A DNA stretch of 64,000 nt from positions 27,404,001 to 27,468,000 of the forward strand of contig NC_043020.1 in assembly GCF_006345805.1 (NCBI RefSeq), in the 5' to 3' direction. Below the pieces are notes generated by a model. That model was not told the DNA's origin. It made no database searches and saw nothing but the letters and a program-made list of their open reading frames with translations. Position 1 is the stretch's first letter. The number at the start of each line of letters is the position of its first letter. This DNA comes from Octopus sinensis (taxonomy: Eukaryota). Below, one piece after another: positions 1 to 11,981 of the stretch. The position numbers and the translations under genes were made by a program.

Positions 1-628
1 TTGCTTTTCATCTTTCCATGGTCAATAAAATAAAATAACGTACCAATCAAGTATTTGGGGTCGATATAATCGATAAAGCAACCCCTGGCCTTGTGCTTCA
101 CTTACAAACTATTGTATAATGATTATTATTAATTAAGAAAGCGAAATTAGGGAGACAACAGACTTGACCCTTTAGCATTCAGGATTACTCTGTCAGATGT
201 ATTGCTTATTTAATTATGGTTTGGAATTAATCAGGAATTATCTGGTAGCTTCAAGATTTCGATGATACGAGTTACTCTCTTTTACTTGTTTCAGTCATTT
301 GACTGCGGCCATGCTGGAGCACCGCCTTTAGTCGAACAAATCGACCCCCAGGACTTATTCTTTGTAAGCCTAGTATTTATTCTATCGTCCCTTTTGCCGA
401 ACCGCTAAGTTACGGGGGGAGGGGGACGTAAACACACCAGCATCGGTTGTCAAACGATGTTGGGGAGACAAACAGACACACACACACCTATATATATCTT
501 TCATCCTTTCGGGGTCGATAAATTAAGAACCAGTTACGCACTGGGGATCGATGTAATCGACTTAATCCCATTGTCTGTCCTTGTTTGTCCCCTCTGTGTT
601 TAGCCCCTTGAGGGCAATAAAGAAATAC

Positions 629-663
<35 letters not shown>

Positions 664-1633
664 TACGACGGTTTATTATTTTAGAATAACATTTGGCATT
701 GTCGGGTAGAGGAGGCAAGAAGCCAGGTTTGGTCTCTGGCCATAAAACAGGTAGATTATTAGGGTCAGGTCAGGTATGGGCCGGTTCATATATATATATA
801 TGCTAAAGGGTTTACAAAACTATAAACTAGTGAAAGAAAGCAGCATGGGGGCAAGGTTTGTCTTGAAACCAAAGAAAAATAGAAGCAAAGTGTTGGCATG
901 TTTGGTAGAAGGAAAAAATAATATATATTAAAAAAGCAGCAATATGGATATTTAGAGGAGGGAATTGGTTTGCATAAGAGAGAATGGATGCGTGTTTACA
1001 GACCTGATAATCTCCCGATCCTTTGTGCAATCTTATTCCCGAGAGACAGAGCAGACTATTATTAATCTGATTTCTTTCCAGGGGAACCTTCGCCTCCTCT
1101 TCTCTCTCTCTCACCGGCCTCTCTCAACGTCACTTCCGGATTGATAGTTGTCTCCCTTCACTTCTTCTGCTTCGCCTTTCTTTCTTTGTCTTTTTTCTTT
1201 CTCTCTTTCTTTATTCTTTCTTTTTCTTTTTTCTTCCCTTTCTGTCTTTCTTTCTTTCTTTCTTCTTCCTTCCTTCTTTCTTCTCTTTCTCTCTTTCTTT
1301 TTTCCTTCTTTCTCTCTTTCCTTCTTCCCGTTCTGTCTTTCTTTTTTCCTTCTTTCTCTCTTTCTTTCTTCCCTGTCTCTCTTCTCTTTCTGTCTTTCTT
1401 TTTTCCTTCTTTCTTCCCTCTCTCTCTTTCTTTTTTCTTTCTTTCTCCCCTTTCTGTCTCTTTTCCTTTCTCTCACCTCTAACTTGTTTTTCCTTTACTA
1501 CTTTCTCTCCAATTCTTTATGTGGCAGAAGCCCAGGTGAGATCAGTTTTGGCTGGATTCCCTTCCAAATGCCAACCACTTTACAGTGTAGACTGGATATT
1601 TTTTACATGGCCTCACCACTCTATATATATATA

Positions 1634-2025
1634 TTCTCTTTTACTTGTTTCAGTCATTTTGACTGCGGCCATGCTGGGGCACCGCCTTTAATTGAGCAAA
1701 TCGACCCCGGGACTTATTCTTTGTAAGCTCAGTACTTATTCTATCGGTCTCTTTTGCCGAACCGCTAAGTGACGGGGACGTAAACACACCAGCATCGGTT
1801 GTCAAGCGATGCTAGGGGGACAAACACAGCAGACACACACATACATATATATATATATACATATATATGACAGGCTTCTTTCAGTTTCCGTCTACCAAAT
1901 CCACTTACAAGGCATTGGTCGGCCCAGGGCTATAGCAGAAGACACTCACCCAAGATGCCACGCAGTGGGACTGAACCCGGAACCATGTGGTTGGTTAGCA
2001 AGCTACTTACCACACAGCCACTCCT
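1634..2025 (-). mobile_element. tRNA-derived CORE-like octopus SINE (family S1); inverted partner at 2600-2991 (+)
   Basis: Head ggagtggctgtgtggtaag...ggttcagtccc, CORE-like accttgggcaagt, internal (TA/TG)n. Many other copies (e.g. 16540-16940, 17812-18390, 41000-41380, 56053-57020). Confidence 0.85.
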
Positions 2026-2044
2026 ACGCCTACATATATATATG

Positions 2045-2296
2045 TTTTATTTAAAAGCAGCAGAAATTTAACAAAAGCTGTTACTCGGAGTTTCACGTTC
2101 CTGTTCGTCGGACAGTCTCGATAGAATTGTCATCTCGGTTCTATTTTAACAAAACTGTCCGACGAACGGGAACGTGAAACTCCGAGTAACAGCTTTTGTT
2201 GAATTTCTGCTGCTTTTAAATAAAGCATATTACTCTACCTCTGGTATTTGAGTACTCTTTCTTCCACCTTGTTTCACATTTATGTGTTTACTCCGG
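2045..2296. mobile_element. Family A palindromic element with hammerhead-like motif in each arm, flanked by (TA)n
   Basis: ~70-bp inverted arms (2045-2115 / 2155-2226) plus the family head ...tttactccgg. Motifs at 2155-2192 (+) and 2078-2115 (-). Confidence 0.75.
2155..2192 (+). ncRNA. Minimal type I hammerhead ribozyme-like motif (U4C core variant)
   Basis: CTGT | CCGACGA | ACG-GGAA-CGT | GAAA | CTC-C-GAG | TA | ACAG: stem I, core, stem II with GNRA loop, GAAA, quasi-palindromic stem III, GUA triplet. Confidence 0.7.
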
Positions 2297-2767
2297 TATA
2301 TATATATATATATATATCGTTGCTATTATGCAAAAGTGTCGTAAGTCCAAAACGTTGCTTTTTCAGGAAACGAAAAAATAGTTTCACTATTTCCATAGCA
2401 AAACCGTTGTACTACACTTTGGCAATTTTTGATGTCTTGGCATCATCTGAAGCAGCATGACCAAAAGATACAGCTTGACCAAAAGAAGTGGCTAATGGAA
2501 GCAAAATATATATTGAGGAAAAAAAAACACATTTGGCCAAATTTCGACATACAACAGTTTAACATAATAGTAACGATATATATATATATATATATAGGTG
2601 CAGGAGTGGCTGTGTGGTAAGTAGCTTGCTTACCAACCACATGGTTCCGGGTTCAGTCCCACTGCGTGGCACCTTGGGCAAGTGTCTTCTTCTATAGCCT
2701 CGGGCCGACCAAAGCCTTGTGAGTGGATTTGGTAGACGGAAACTGAAAGAAGCCCGTCGTATATATG

Positions 2768-2798
<31 letters not shown>

Positions 2799-3339
2799 CT
2801 GTGTTTGTCCCATCCAACATTGCTTGATAACTGATGCTGGTGTGTTTATGTCCCCGTCACTTAGCAGTTCGGCAAAAGAGACCGATAGAATAAGTACTGG
2901 GCTTACAAAGAATAAGTGCCGGGGTCGAGTTGCTCGATTAAAGGTGGTGCTCCTGCATGGCCACAGTCAAATGACTGAAACAAGTAAAAGAAAAGAAAGA
3001 TATATATATATATATATACAGACACTTACATACATGCATGAATGCATGCTTTTAGAGTTTCCATCTTCCATCTTCACTTACAAGGCATTAGTCATCCTGG
3101 GGCCTTAGTAGAAGACACTGGCCCCAGGTGTGCTGCACTGTGGAACTGAACCTGAAACCACATGGTTGTAAAGCAAACTTCTTAACCACTCAGCCACGAC
3201 TGAGCCTATCATAATATAAAGAAAAAAACCCGACATTTTTATGCACTTACTAATTAATTTGTAATTACTAATTACACTTGCTAATTAATTTGCTTATATA
3301 TTTATTTATTTAATTATTGTTTTGTTTGTGTTTTTGCAG

Positions 3340-3404
3340 AACAAATGATGTTTCAGTATTTTGTGAAGATCGTACCAACAATGTATGTAAAAATTGATGG
3401 CAGT
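3340..3404 (+). CDS. ERGIC3: ERGIC3 internal exon (QMMFQYFVKIVPTMYVKIDGS); upstream exons lie before the window
   Basis: tttttgcag acceptor and gtaagt donor. Translation matches the conserved MFQYFVKVVPT motif of ERGIC3/Erv46; phase 0 joins the next exon. Confidence 0.95.
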
Positions 3405-3780
3405 GTAAGTAATCATCTTTGTTGCTGTTGTGGCTGAGTATCCCTAAGTAAACTCTTGATCCAGCAGACCTGTGGTTTAAGGCACCATTCCAGCTGTGAC
3501 CATCCCTTCTTTCTTCATGGTACATGTTATCTAGAGCTATAGCAATGTCTTTATCTAATGCAGTGAGAACCGGTGTGATTTGAGGGGGATTTGGCTGCTA
3601 TTTCCTGTTGTTTTACAGTTATGTAGGACTACATTGAGTGATGGCAGTTTAGGTTTAGCTGTTATGTTTAGCACACCGAGTGACCACAGAGTAGCAGCTT
3701 TGATTCAGTTTTGTAGTTGATGCGGATGCTTCAGTTATGCACACACACAGTGACCTGAACAACAATAATAATAACAACAA

Positions 3781-4134
3781 TCTCTAGACAAACGCCACCG
3801 CCGTGGTGATCTCATTCTTGCTTACAACATGATAAGCGGAAAGTGTAACCTCTCGAAAGAGCTGTTCTTCACTCCTGCTCCAGAGCGTCGGCTGAGGGGT
3901 CACTCCGAAAAGCTCTACCTGCGACGATTTCATCTCAATCGAAGGAGAGGGGCTTTCTCCGTCCGGGTTGCGGAGCCGTGGAATAAGCTGCCGGACGAGA
4001 TAGTGAAGAAGCCGATGACCACTCGGTTCAAAGTCTCTCTTGACCAGAAATGGCCTGAACTCTTTGCATGAACACCCTCACCCCCTATACATAACTCCAT
4101 CGCCTTGCTTTTTGAGCCAAAAACTTAACTTAAC
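3781..4134 (+). mobile_element. 3' end of a CR1/L2-like LINE with (TAACT)n tail
   Basis: RRGDLILAYNMISG...LRGHSEKL...RRGAFSVRVAEPWNKLP...FKVSLD is the typical CR1-type ORF2 C-terminus. Confidence 0.85.
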
Positions 4135-4516
4135 AACATCGAAAATTTCCCCAAGACACCTGAAGAAGGCTGGAAGGTATATCAGCCGAACGTTGTGTAA
4201 GATGAGGACAGATATCCATTGAATGTAAATAATGCAAATTTAGTACCAGCTACGTATTGGAGTCGATGTAATTGACTGTCACCCTCCTCCAAATTTAAGG
4301 CCTTGTACCTATAGTAGAAAGGATTAGGAAGGGCATCCAGCCATAGAAACCATGCTGGTGCGTGATGTCCTTGGACTGTTGGATCCTGTCAAACTGTCTG
4401 ACCCATGTCAGCATGGAACATGGTCATTGAATGGTGACGGCAACGATAATAATAATAATAATAATGATAATAATAAAAATATACAGGTGTTTATTTATGT
4501 ATTGTATACTTTACAG

Positions 4517-4653
4517 ATTGTGCATAGCAACCAGTTCTCAGTGACCCGACATTCCAAAGTGGTCTCTTCAGGATTCGGCGACTCTGGACTACCAGGAATG
4601 TTCATTATGTATGAACTCTCTCCAATGATGGTCAGTTATACAGAGAAACAGAG
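4517..4653 (+). CDS. ERGIC3: ERGIC3 exon (IVHSNQFSVTRHSKVVSSGFGDSGLPGMFIMYELSPMMVSYTEKQ-R)
   Basis: ttacag acceptor, gtgag donor; 137 nt (45 codons + 2). Matches ERGIC3 NQFSVTRH...GLPG...YELSPMMV. Confidence 0.96.
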
Positions 4654-4936
4654 GTGAGTATATCTGAGACAAGAATTCTTCAACCTTGCCCTTGCTTGCT
4701 TTTCTATTTTCTCTTACATTAGTTGGTCTATGGAATCTAATGCTCTTAGCTTGGTTTTACCTTGGGGCTGGCCAGATTGGAGCAATCTCAAGACTAATCA
4801 GCTGAAATTATGAGGATGATCCAGTTCTCGACTGAAAATTAAAGGCTTCGAATGACCTGTCCGTATTTTTTGTATCGTCTTCTGGATGCTTTGCGTTCTT
4901 GTCCCATTTTGTATTTTTATATATATATATATACAT

Positions 4937-5225
4937 GGAGGCGCAATGGCCCAGTGGTTAGGGCAGTGGACTTGCGGTTTCATTCCCAGACCGGGTGTTG
5001 TGAGTGTTTATTGAGCGAAAATACCTAAAAGTTCCACGAGGCTCTGACAGGGGGTGGTGGTGATCCCTGCTGTACTCTTTCACCACAACTTTCTCTCACT
5101 CTTTCTTCTGTTGGCCTGCTCGCTTAGCCAGCGGGGTGGCATCATTTGAAAGCTAAAACAATGCGAAGTGCATTGTGACCAGTGATGTGTTGCAACATCT
5201 GATAGCCTGGTCGGTCATGGTGATA
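4937..5225 (+). mobile_element. tRNA-derived SINE family S3 (second copy 63542-63835)
   Basis: ggaggcgcaatggcccagtggttagggcag head and a shared body with the 63.5-kb copy. Confidence 0.75.
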
Positions 5226-5633
5226 TATATACATAGTTGAAATTTACAGAAAAACAAAAGACGAAGACTGGTGTATAAACAACAAGCAGGTGTATTAGTT
5301 TGACGCTCGGGAAAGTAAGAAAATCTTTTTACATTTCGAGCCTACGCTCTTCAACAGAAAGGAACACGAGGAAATAAATAGAGAGAGAATTAAAAAAAAA
5401 CTTGTGGAGTTAGCAGTTAATCATGGCGATATGTATGTATATATATATATATATATATTTATATATAAAATCATGAAATATATATATATATGTAATCTTA
5501 TGCTTGCCCACACATGCATACATACACACAGACACTTAAGCTGGGTTACTATTATCTCCCCTCCCACTCAATTTCACATGTGAAACTGTTAATCCACGTT
5601 TTTTTTTTCTCTCTCCATTTTCTTTCCTCATTC

Positions 5634-5669
5634 CTTTCTGCTGAAGAGCAAAGGCTCGAAACATCAAAG
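5634..5669 (+). ncRNA. Hammerhead-like motif, family B variant (inverted partner at 5326-5361 on minus)
   Basis: CTTT | CTGCTGA | A GAGC-AAAG-GCTC | GAAA | CA | TC | AAAG; stem I covaries with the 32184 copy. Confidence 0.5.
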
Positions 5670-6222
5670 ACTCTTCCATTTTTCCTCAGCATCAAACTAA
5701 TACACCATTTTTGTTGTTTCCTCACCTGTCTCTCTCTTTTGTTTTTTTGCACATTTGAACTATATATACATAATTAAGAGGTATAATTTCAAAGGTGAAA
5801 TAATCTCACTTGATTAACTTTTGTATAATTAATGTCATTTTTTTTAATTGCTATCATTAAATTTGGTTTGTTTAGGATCATATTCTTTGCCTAAATACAG
5901 AGTCTTCAGTAGTTTTCTTATTTCTTTATTGCCCACAGGGGGCTAAACATAGAAGGGACAAACTAAGAGATTAAGTCGATTACATCGACCCTAGTGCAAA
6001 ACCGGTTATTTTATTTATCGACCCCGAAAGGATGAAAGGCAAAGTCGACCTTGGCGGAATTTGAACCGAGGACATAACGACGGGTGAAAACCGCTAAGCA
6101 TTTCATCCAGCGTGCTAACGATTCTGCCAGCTCGCCACCTTACACCAGACTAATAATGACAAAATTATAATGTCCCCCAAGTTCTTCATAATGTTTGATC
6201 CCTATCCTCCTCTTTTTTGCAG

Positions 6223-6278
6223 ATCTTTCATGCATTTTCTCACAGGTGTCTGTGCAATAATAGGTGGGATATTTACAG
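6223..6278 (+). CDS. ERGIC3: ERGIC3 exon (SFMHFLTGVCAIIGGIFT, C-terminal TM segment)
   Basis: ttttgcag acceptor, gtgag donor; 1+54+1 nt, phases fit both neighbours. Matches SFTHFLTGVCAIIGG. Confidence 0.96.
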
Positions 6279-7823
6279 GTGAGTTTTATTTTACCTCTCT
6301 TTGCTGATGAAGCATTCTTGTTAATAACAACAGGTTGTCATTTCTCTTCTGAGTTGGTTGCTATTAGTTTTTTTTTTTTTTTTGCATTTTATTTGCGTTC
6401 CAGTTCCGGCTCTTAACCATTCTTAAGACTTACAAGAGACGTATCTAAGGATAGAAATGTGCTGTGACACCTGATTATGTAATGCAATTTCATTATTATG
6501 TGTGATAGGCATTCAAATACAGGGGCCTTCTTAAGTGTGGCTGTGTGGTAAGAAGTTTGCTTCCCAACCACATGGTTCCAGGTTCAGTTCCATTGTGTGG
6601 CACCTTGAGCAAGTGTCTTCTATTACAGCCCCAGGCTGACCAAAGCCTTGTGAATGGATTTGGTAGTTGGAAATTGAAAGAAGCCCATTCTTTGTATGTA
6701 TATATGCACGTATAGGTATATGTGTATATATATGTGTGTATAAATATGTGTATATATGTGTGTGTATATATAGGTATATGTGTATATATGTGTGTATAAA
6801 TGTGTATATATGTATGTGTGTGTATATAGGTATATGTGTATATATGTATGTGTGTGTATATATATAGGTATGTGTATATATGTGTAATGTATAAATATGT
6901 GTATATATGTGTGTGTGTATAAATGTGTATATATGTGTGTGTGTCTGTGTTTGTCGCCTACTGCCTTTTGAGTGGATCTGGTTGACAAAAACTGTACAAA
7001 GCCCATCATATATATATGTGTGTGTGTGTTTGGATGTTGATGTTCCATGCTTGTCACCATTTGAATGAAAACGGTGATGTTGTTTACATTACTTGTTGAT
7101 GCTCTGTGTTATTGAAGACTTGTAGAATAAAAGAAAAGAAATCTCCCTTGGTTGGAAAACCGATAGGGGTTGGAGACAGGAAGAGCGTCCCGGTTGTTTC
7201 AGTTTTCTGTGAAGAACATATCTGGCCGTGGGGGCCAGGAAATAATACTTTGCTTGGAAACAGGGAGGATTGGTGACCAGATGGCTATTTGACCAGAGAC
7301 AATCTGCATCAATGAATTTTCCATCTGACCTCATGCAAGCATGGAAAAGTGGATGTCTAAGTGATTATGGTGATGGTGATAGTAGTGGGGGATGATGATG
7401 GTGGTAATGATGATGATGATGGCGGCGGTGGTGATGATGGTGGTGATGGTAGTGGTGGTGATGATGGCGGTGGTGGTGATGGCGGTGGTAGTGGGGTGAT
7501 GATGATGATGGCGGCGGTGGTGGTGATGATGATGATGGTAGTGGTGATGATGATGATGGCAGTGGAGATGATGGTAGTCGGGGTGATGGTGGTGAAGATG
7601 GCAGTGATGGTGATGATATATTTCATTGCCATTTCGAAATTTGAAGGATTTAAAATTTTTCTTATTTGATCCTTCTTAATTTTTAAAATTAAATGCTTGT
7701 CATTTGTGAAAAAAAAAAACAACCCAAAAACCCCAAAAAAGCCCAACACAAATAATCATAAATTCAGTATATTTAAATCTTTCCTCTCATCGTGTGTCTT
7801 CTTCTTGTTTTTATGTATTCCAG

Positions 7824-7903
7824 TGGCGGGACTCATCGATTCCATGATTTACCATTCATCGAGAGCAATTCAGAAAAAGATAGAACTCGGAAAAGCTTCC
7901 TGA
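7824..7903 (+). CDS. ERGIC3: ERGIC3 last coding exon (VAGLIDSMIYHSSRAIQKKIELGKAS*)
   Basis: ttccag acceptor, TGA at 7901-7903. Matches VAGLIDSLIYHSARAIQKKIDLGK with a C-terminal lysine motif. AATAAA at 7914-7919. Confidence 0.96.
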
Positions 7904-8435
7904 CACTTGACTCAATAAATTCCTCTTCGGAGATTAAAAAAAAAAAAAGACAAAAAATTCAGAAAAACTCATTTCCTTTCTTTTTTTTTCTTCTTTTGTT
8001 GTCTTTTTCTTTTAATGTTTTTCTTGCCCCCTCCCTCTATTCTGTCTGTCTCTCTCTTCCCTTCACTCTTGCTCACTGCCTCTCTCCTTTCTCTCTCTCT
8101 TGGTTACTCTGTCACACTTCCTCTCCTTCCCCCTCCCTGTCTCACTTGCTCATTGTCTGTCTGTCTGTTTGTCCCGACTCGTTGTCAGTTGATAATAATT
8201 AAAATAAAAAGTTGTTGCTGTTGTTATTGCTTAAACGGATTTCAAGATCTTAATTTATTAATTTCGAAAATAAATTTAATTGGATAAATTAAAGCTGGAT
8301 TGCAGAAGATCCAGTTGAGAGAAATGGTGGTGGGTGGGGGAGGGTTTGCTTTCCAACTCCCTCAGGGAAAGGGATAAAGGTTCTATTTTTGACTGGACTA
8401 CTACCACTAGTACTACTACTACTACTACTACTATA

Positions 8436-8610
8436 TTATTTTTTTTATTATTATTCAGGTCATTGCCTGGAATTGAACTTGGTATCTTGGGGTTAGTAGC
8501 CCGCGCTCTTAACCACAGGCATATGGCGTAGTGGTTCAGAGCGCTGGCTACTACACCCAAGATTCCGAGTTCGATTCCAAGCAGTGACCTGAACAACAAT
8601 AATAATAACA
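8436..8610. mobile_element. Head-to-head inverted pair of short tRNA-like SINEs with (AAT)n tails
   Basis: ggcgtagtggtt.agagcgc...gagttcgattcca.gcagtgacctgaa on plus (8524-8610), mirrored on minus (8436-8516). Confidence 0.75.
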
Positions 8611-9849
8611 TCTTAGATAGCTGCGTATATACATACAAAATGAAACTTGGAATTTTGCAAAAATTATGTCCCGTGTCAGGAGATTGACATTTCAATTCCA
8701 GTCTCACCATAATTTACCCTGAAAAGTATTTGTAGTAAATTTCATTAAAAATTACCCATTTTTCTGAAAGTTATGAGGAAACAAAGTCAGAGGGGTACAC
8801 CTACATAGTTACAGAAATTACTAATCATTTTTGTTCCTCGTTAATTGAAATAAGAATTATAATTAACAACTTTAGTCGTTCACATTTGGATTGAATTCAA
8901 AGAGGTTGTCACTTCGGTAAATTATATGACTGGAGAGTGAGTGATGAAAGGGAAATAACTCAATCTGTATGACCTGTGGTTGGGCTTGTCTAAGTTGCAT
9001 AATAGTTCTGACCAAAGAAAGCGCTCCCCACCCCTCATTGAGTTATTTTCAAGGAAGAAAGAGCTCTGCCCATAGCCTTCAAAGGTCCTCCAAGACTGTT
9101 CAGATCGAATCCTCTTAATAACTTTTGGGTAAATTCTATGAGTTTGTCATTCAGGTGATGAAATGACAGGAGAGGAGTCATGCAAGGGACATAACTAGAT
9201 TAGTATGACAAGTCTAGGACTGTTCATATGGCCCGAGGGTCCATATAATTTTCTAGAATAAAATAATAATCAAATGGTTGAGAATCCCTGGTCTAGGACG
9301 TCTGTATGTATGTACAGCAGCACTGAATATGGGTCAGCCCTGGGTGTGATCTTGGATGTTTGTGTGCATGGCAGGAGCGGTGTTCCAGGTCTAGTGCATG
9401 AGAAAGTAGCCCAGGTTCCATAACAGTGTTGAACACAAAACTCAATTTACATACAAAAAAGCACCCAGCTTTTGCAAGTGTTGTTGGGATATTTTGATGG
9501 TTTGTGATTGCTGAATAAAAATAGTGCACTGGTTGACTGTTATCCTCAATGCATCCTCACCACATCAGTTGATTGTAAGATTGCACAGAGTGAAAGCTCT
9601 CCAGCCTTTTCTGCAAAATGACATACATAATAGTGGGAAAGATCAGAGATTGTGGAAGTGTATGGTTATAGTTGTAAACCAATTGATTGTTAAATGTGTG
9701 TATTACCAAATTTTGCCTCAGGTACCAAGGTGACATTTGGCAAGATGTGGGATTACCTGGAGATGATTTTTAAAATGAGAATACCTGAAATAAACTTGAC
9801 TAACCTAATCGCTCTCAAAAATTAAGTAAAAGAACAGGAAAAATAATCC

Positions 9850-10007
9850 GGGATCCTTGTCTGGTACCAGATCGATCCCAAAATCACGAGGCCAAACATC
9901 CCTGGAAATTTCATCCGAATTCGTCCAGCGGTTCTTGAGATATCTTGTCCACAGACAAACAAACACAAATGAAAACAATACCTCTGCCTTAGCGAAGGCA
10001 GAGGTTA
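9850..10007 (+). mobile_element. 3' end of a Helentron/DINE-1/pearl-like non-autonomous element
   Basis: aaatttcatccgaattcgtccagcggttcttgagatatc, a GACA/AACA microsatellite, then terminal hairpin acctctgcc-ttagcgaa-ggcagaggt (9980-10005). Family assignment is from recognition only. Confidence 0.5.
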
Positions 10008-10485
10008 ATAATCAACAACAACAACATCAACAAGAACACTACAACAGTTCAAAAAGAAGAAAAATGAACAGAGGAAGCAACAGTTAATATATAAAGAAGT
10101 TTCTTTTTATATCATAAGTGCTCCATCACTCTCCAGTTTCAGTTTGTCAAACCATCACATAACATAGATCATTGCTATTATCTCCGAAAGGAGCACAGTG
10201 AAGGGAGGAGGGGTGGGAGTGGGTGAGGGGACAGGGAGAGGAAAAGAAAAAAAACCCCCAGAAGGATAAGAGATAGTGACAGACATACACAAATCATCAA
10301 CATCATCATCATCATTGTCATTGTCGTGGCCGTTATTAATTACAACAGAGTAGAGGAGAGGAAAGTCCGGGGGGTCAGGGAAAAGGATAACAACAACAAA
10401 AACAAGGAATGTGGGGGGAGTGGAGTGGGGTGGGATGGGTGGGAAGGAAGTCAGGAAGGGGAAGCTTTTTTTTTGTTTTTAAGTC

Positions 10486-10529
<44 letters not shown>

Positions 10530-10603
10530 TCTTATTCTTATTATTATTCTTATTATTAAAGCAGATACAAGGGAAGAAGAAATTCATAGTAAATACACAC
10601 ATT

Positions 10604-10648
<45 letters not shown>

Positions 10649-11279
10649 ATATGTATACATCTATATATGCATATATAAATATACATGTGAATTTGTGTAT
10701 GTCTGTCTGTATGTATACATATATGTATGTATGTATGCATATATGTATATATGTGCAGCTATACATATTTATACACACATTCTCATAAATATATATATAC
10801 ACACATATATATAGGCACACACAGACATTCTCATATATTATATATATGCATACACACACATTCATATATATATATATATAGGCACACACACACATTCTTA
10901 TATATACATATATATAATTATAGGCACACGCACACACATATATATATATATATGCACACACACGCGCACACTCGTACTTTCTCGTTCACTTTTCACATCT
11001 TTTTCTCTGCCAAGAAACAAAAAATTGAAAATAACAAAAACAACCAAGAAGAAAGAATGGTAAAAGAGAGAGAGAAACAAATAAAAAAATCTTTTTAAAG
11101 AATTAAATTAAAAAATAACAAAAGAAAAAAAGCAATAACAATAACAAACAGACGTATAAATATACACATGAACACACACTGCACACGAGACACACACACA
11201 CACGAACGCATTTAGTAAACACAAGCACTTTTCCGTGTTTGCACGCAGAGGAAAAAGTAGGAAGGAAGAAGGAAAAGGA

Positions 11280-11366
11280 AAGAGACAGATAGACAGACAG
11301 ACAGATAGATATATAGATAGGTAGGTAGCTAGGTTGGTAGGTAGATAGATAGACAGAGCAATATGG

Positions 11367-11397
<31 letters not shown>

Positions 11398-11880
11398 CAG
11401 GTAGATAGATAGATAAAAAGACAGAGATAGCTAGCTAGCTAGATAGGTAGGTAGGTAGATAGATAGATAGATGATAGATAGACAGAGACAGATAGACAGA
11501 TAGATAGACAAGTAGGTAGATAGAGTAATATAGAGACAGACAGACAGATAGGTAGATAGATAGATAGATAGATAGGTAGATAGATAGGTAGATAGACAGA
11601 CAGAGACAGCTAGCTAGATAGATAGGTAGGTAGATATACAGACAGATAGATAGATAGGTGCATAGATACATAGATAAATAGATGGAGAGAGAGAGAGAGA
11701 AAGAGACAGGCAGATTCATAGATAGAGATAAAGAGATGAGGGATAAACAGAGAGATATATAGAAGTAGATAGATAGATAGAAAGGTAGATAAAGAGATAG
11801 ATAGAAAAATAAAAATAGGCAATGAGATAAATAGATAGACAAATAGAAACAGATAGAGAGACAGAGAGAAATAGATAGAA
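11280..11880. repeat. Compound (GATA)n/(GACA)n/(GA)n microsatellite just 3' of the FAM8A1 stop
   Basis: Direct reading. Confidence 0.9.
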
Positions 11881-11981
11881 GGAAAAAGTTCAGAAAAATG
11901 CTCTCCAAACAACAAGAACAACAACATCACTAAACGACAAAACAGTTGAACGAAGGCGAAAGTTGAGGGGGAGAGAAGGTC

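Noticed and set aside
1111-1726. K/R/E-rich and F/L/S-rich ORFs
   Set aside because: Translation of a CT-rich low-complexity intronic tract; no splice-compatible homology to ERGIC3.
7357-7749. ORFs of poly-M/V/G/D or poly-I/T/P
   Set aside because: GAT/GGT trinucleotide low-complexity sequence in the last ERGIC3 intron; flanking exons join in frame without it.
8524-8600. Possible tRNA gene
   Set aside because: Acceptor stem does not close, it is followed by an (AAT)n tail and it occurs as an inverted pair with a tail fragment elsewhere (~3746); treated as a SINE. Other tRNA-like heads in the window are also SINE 5' ends.
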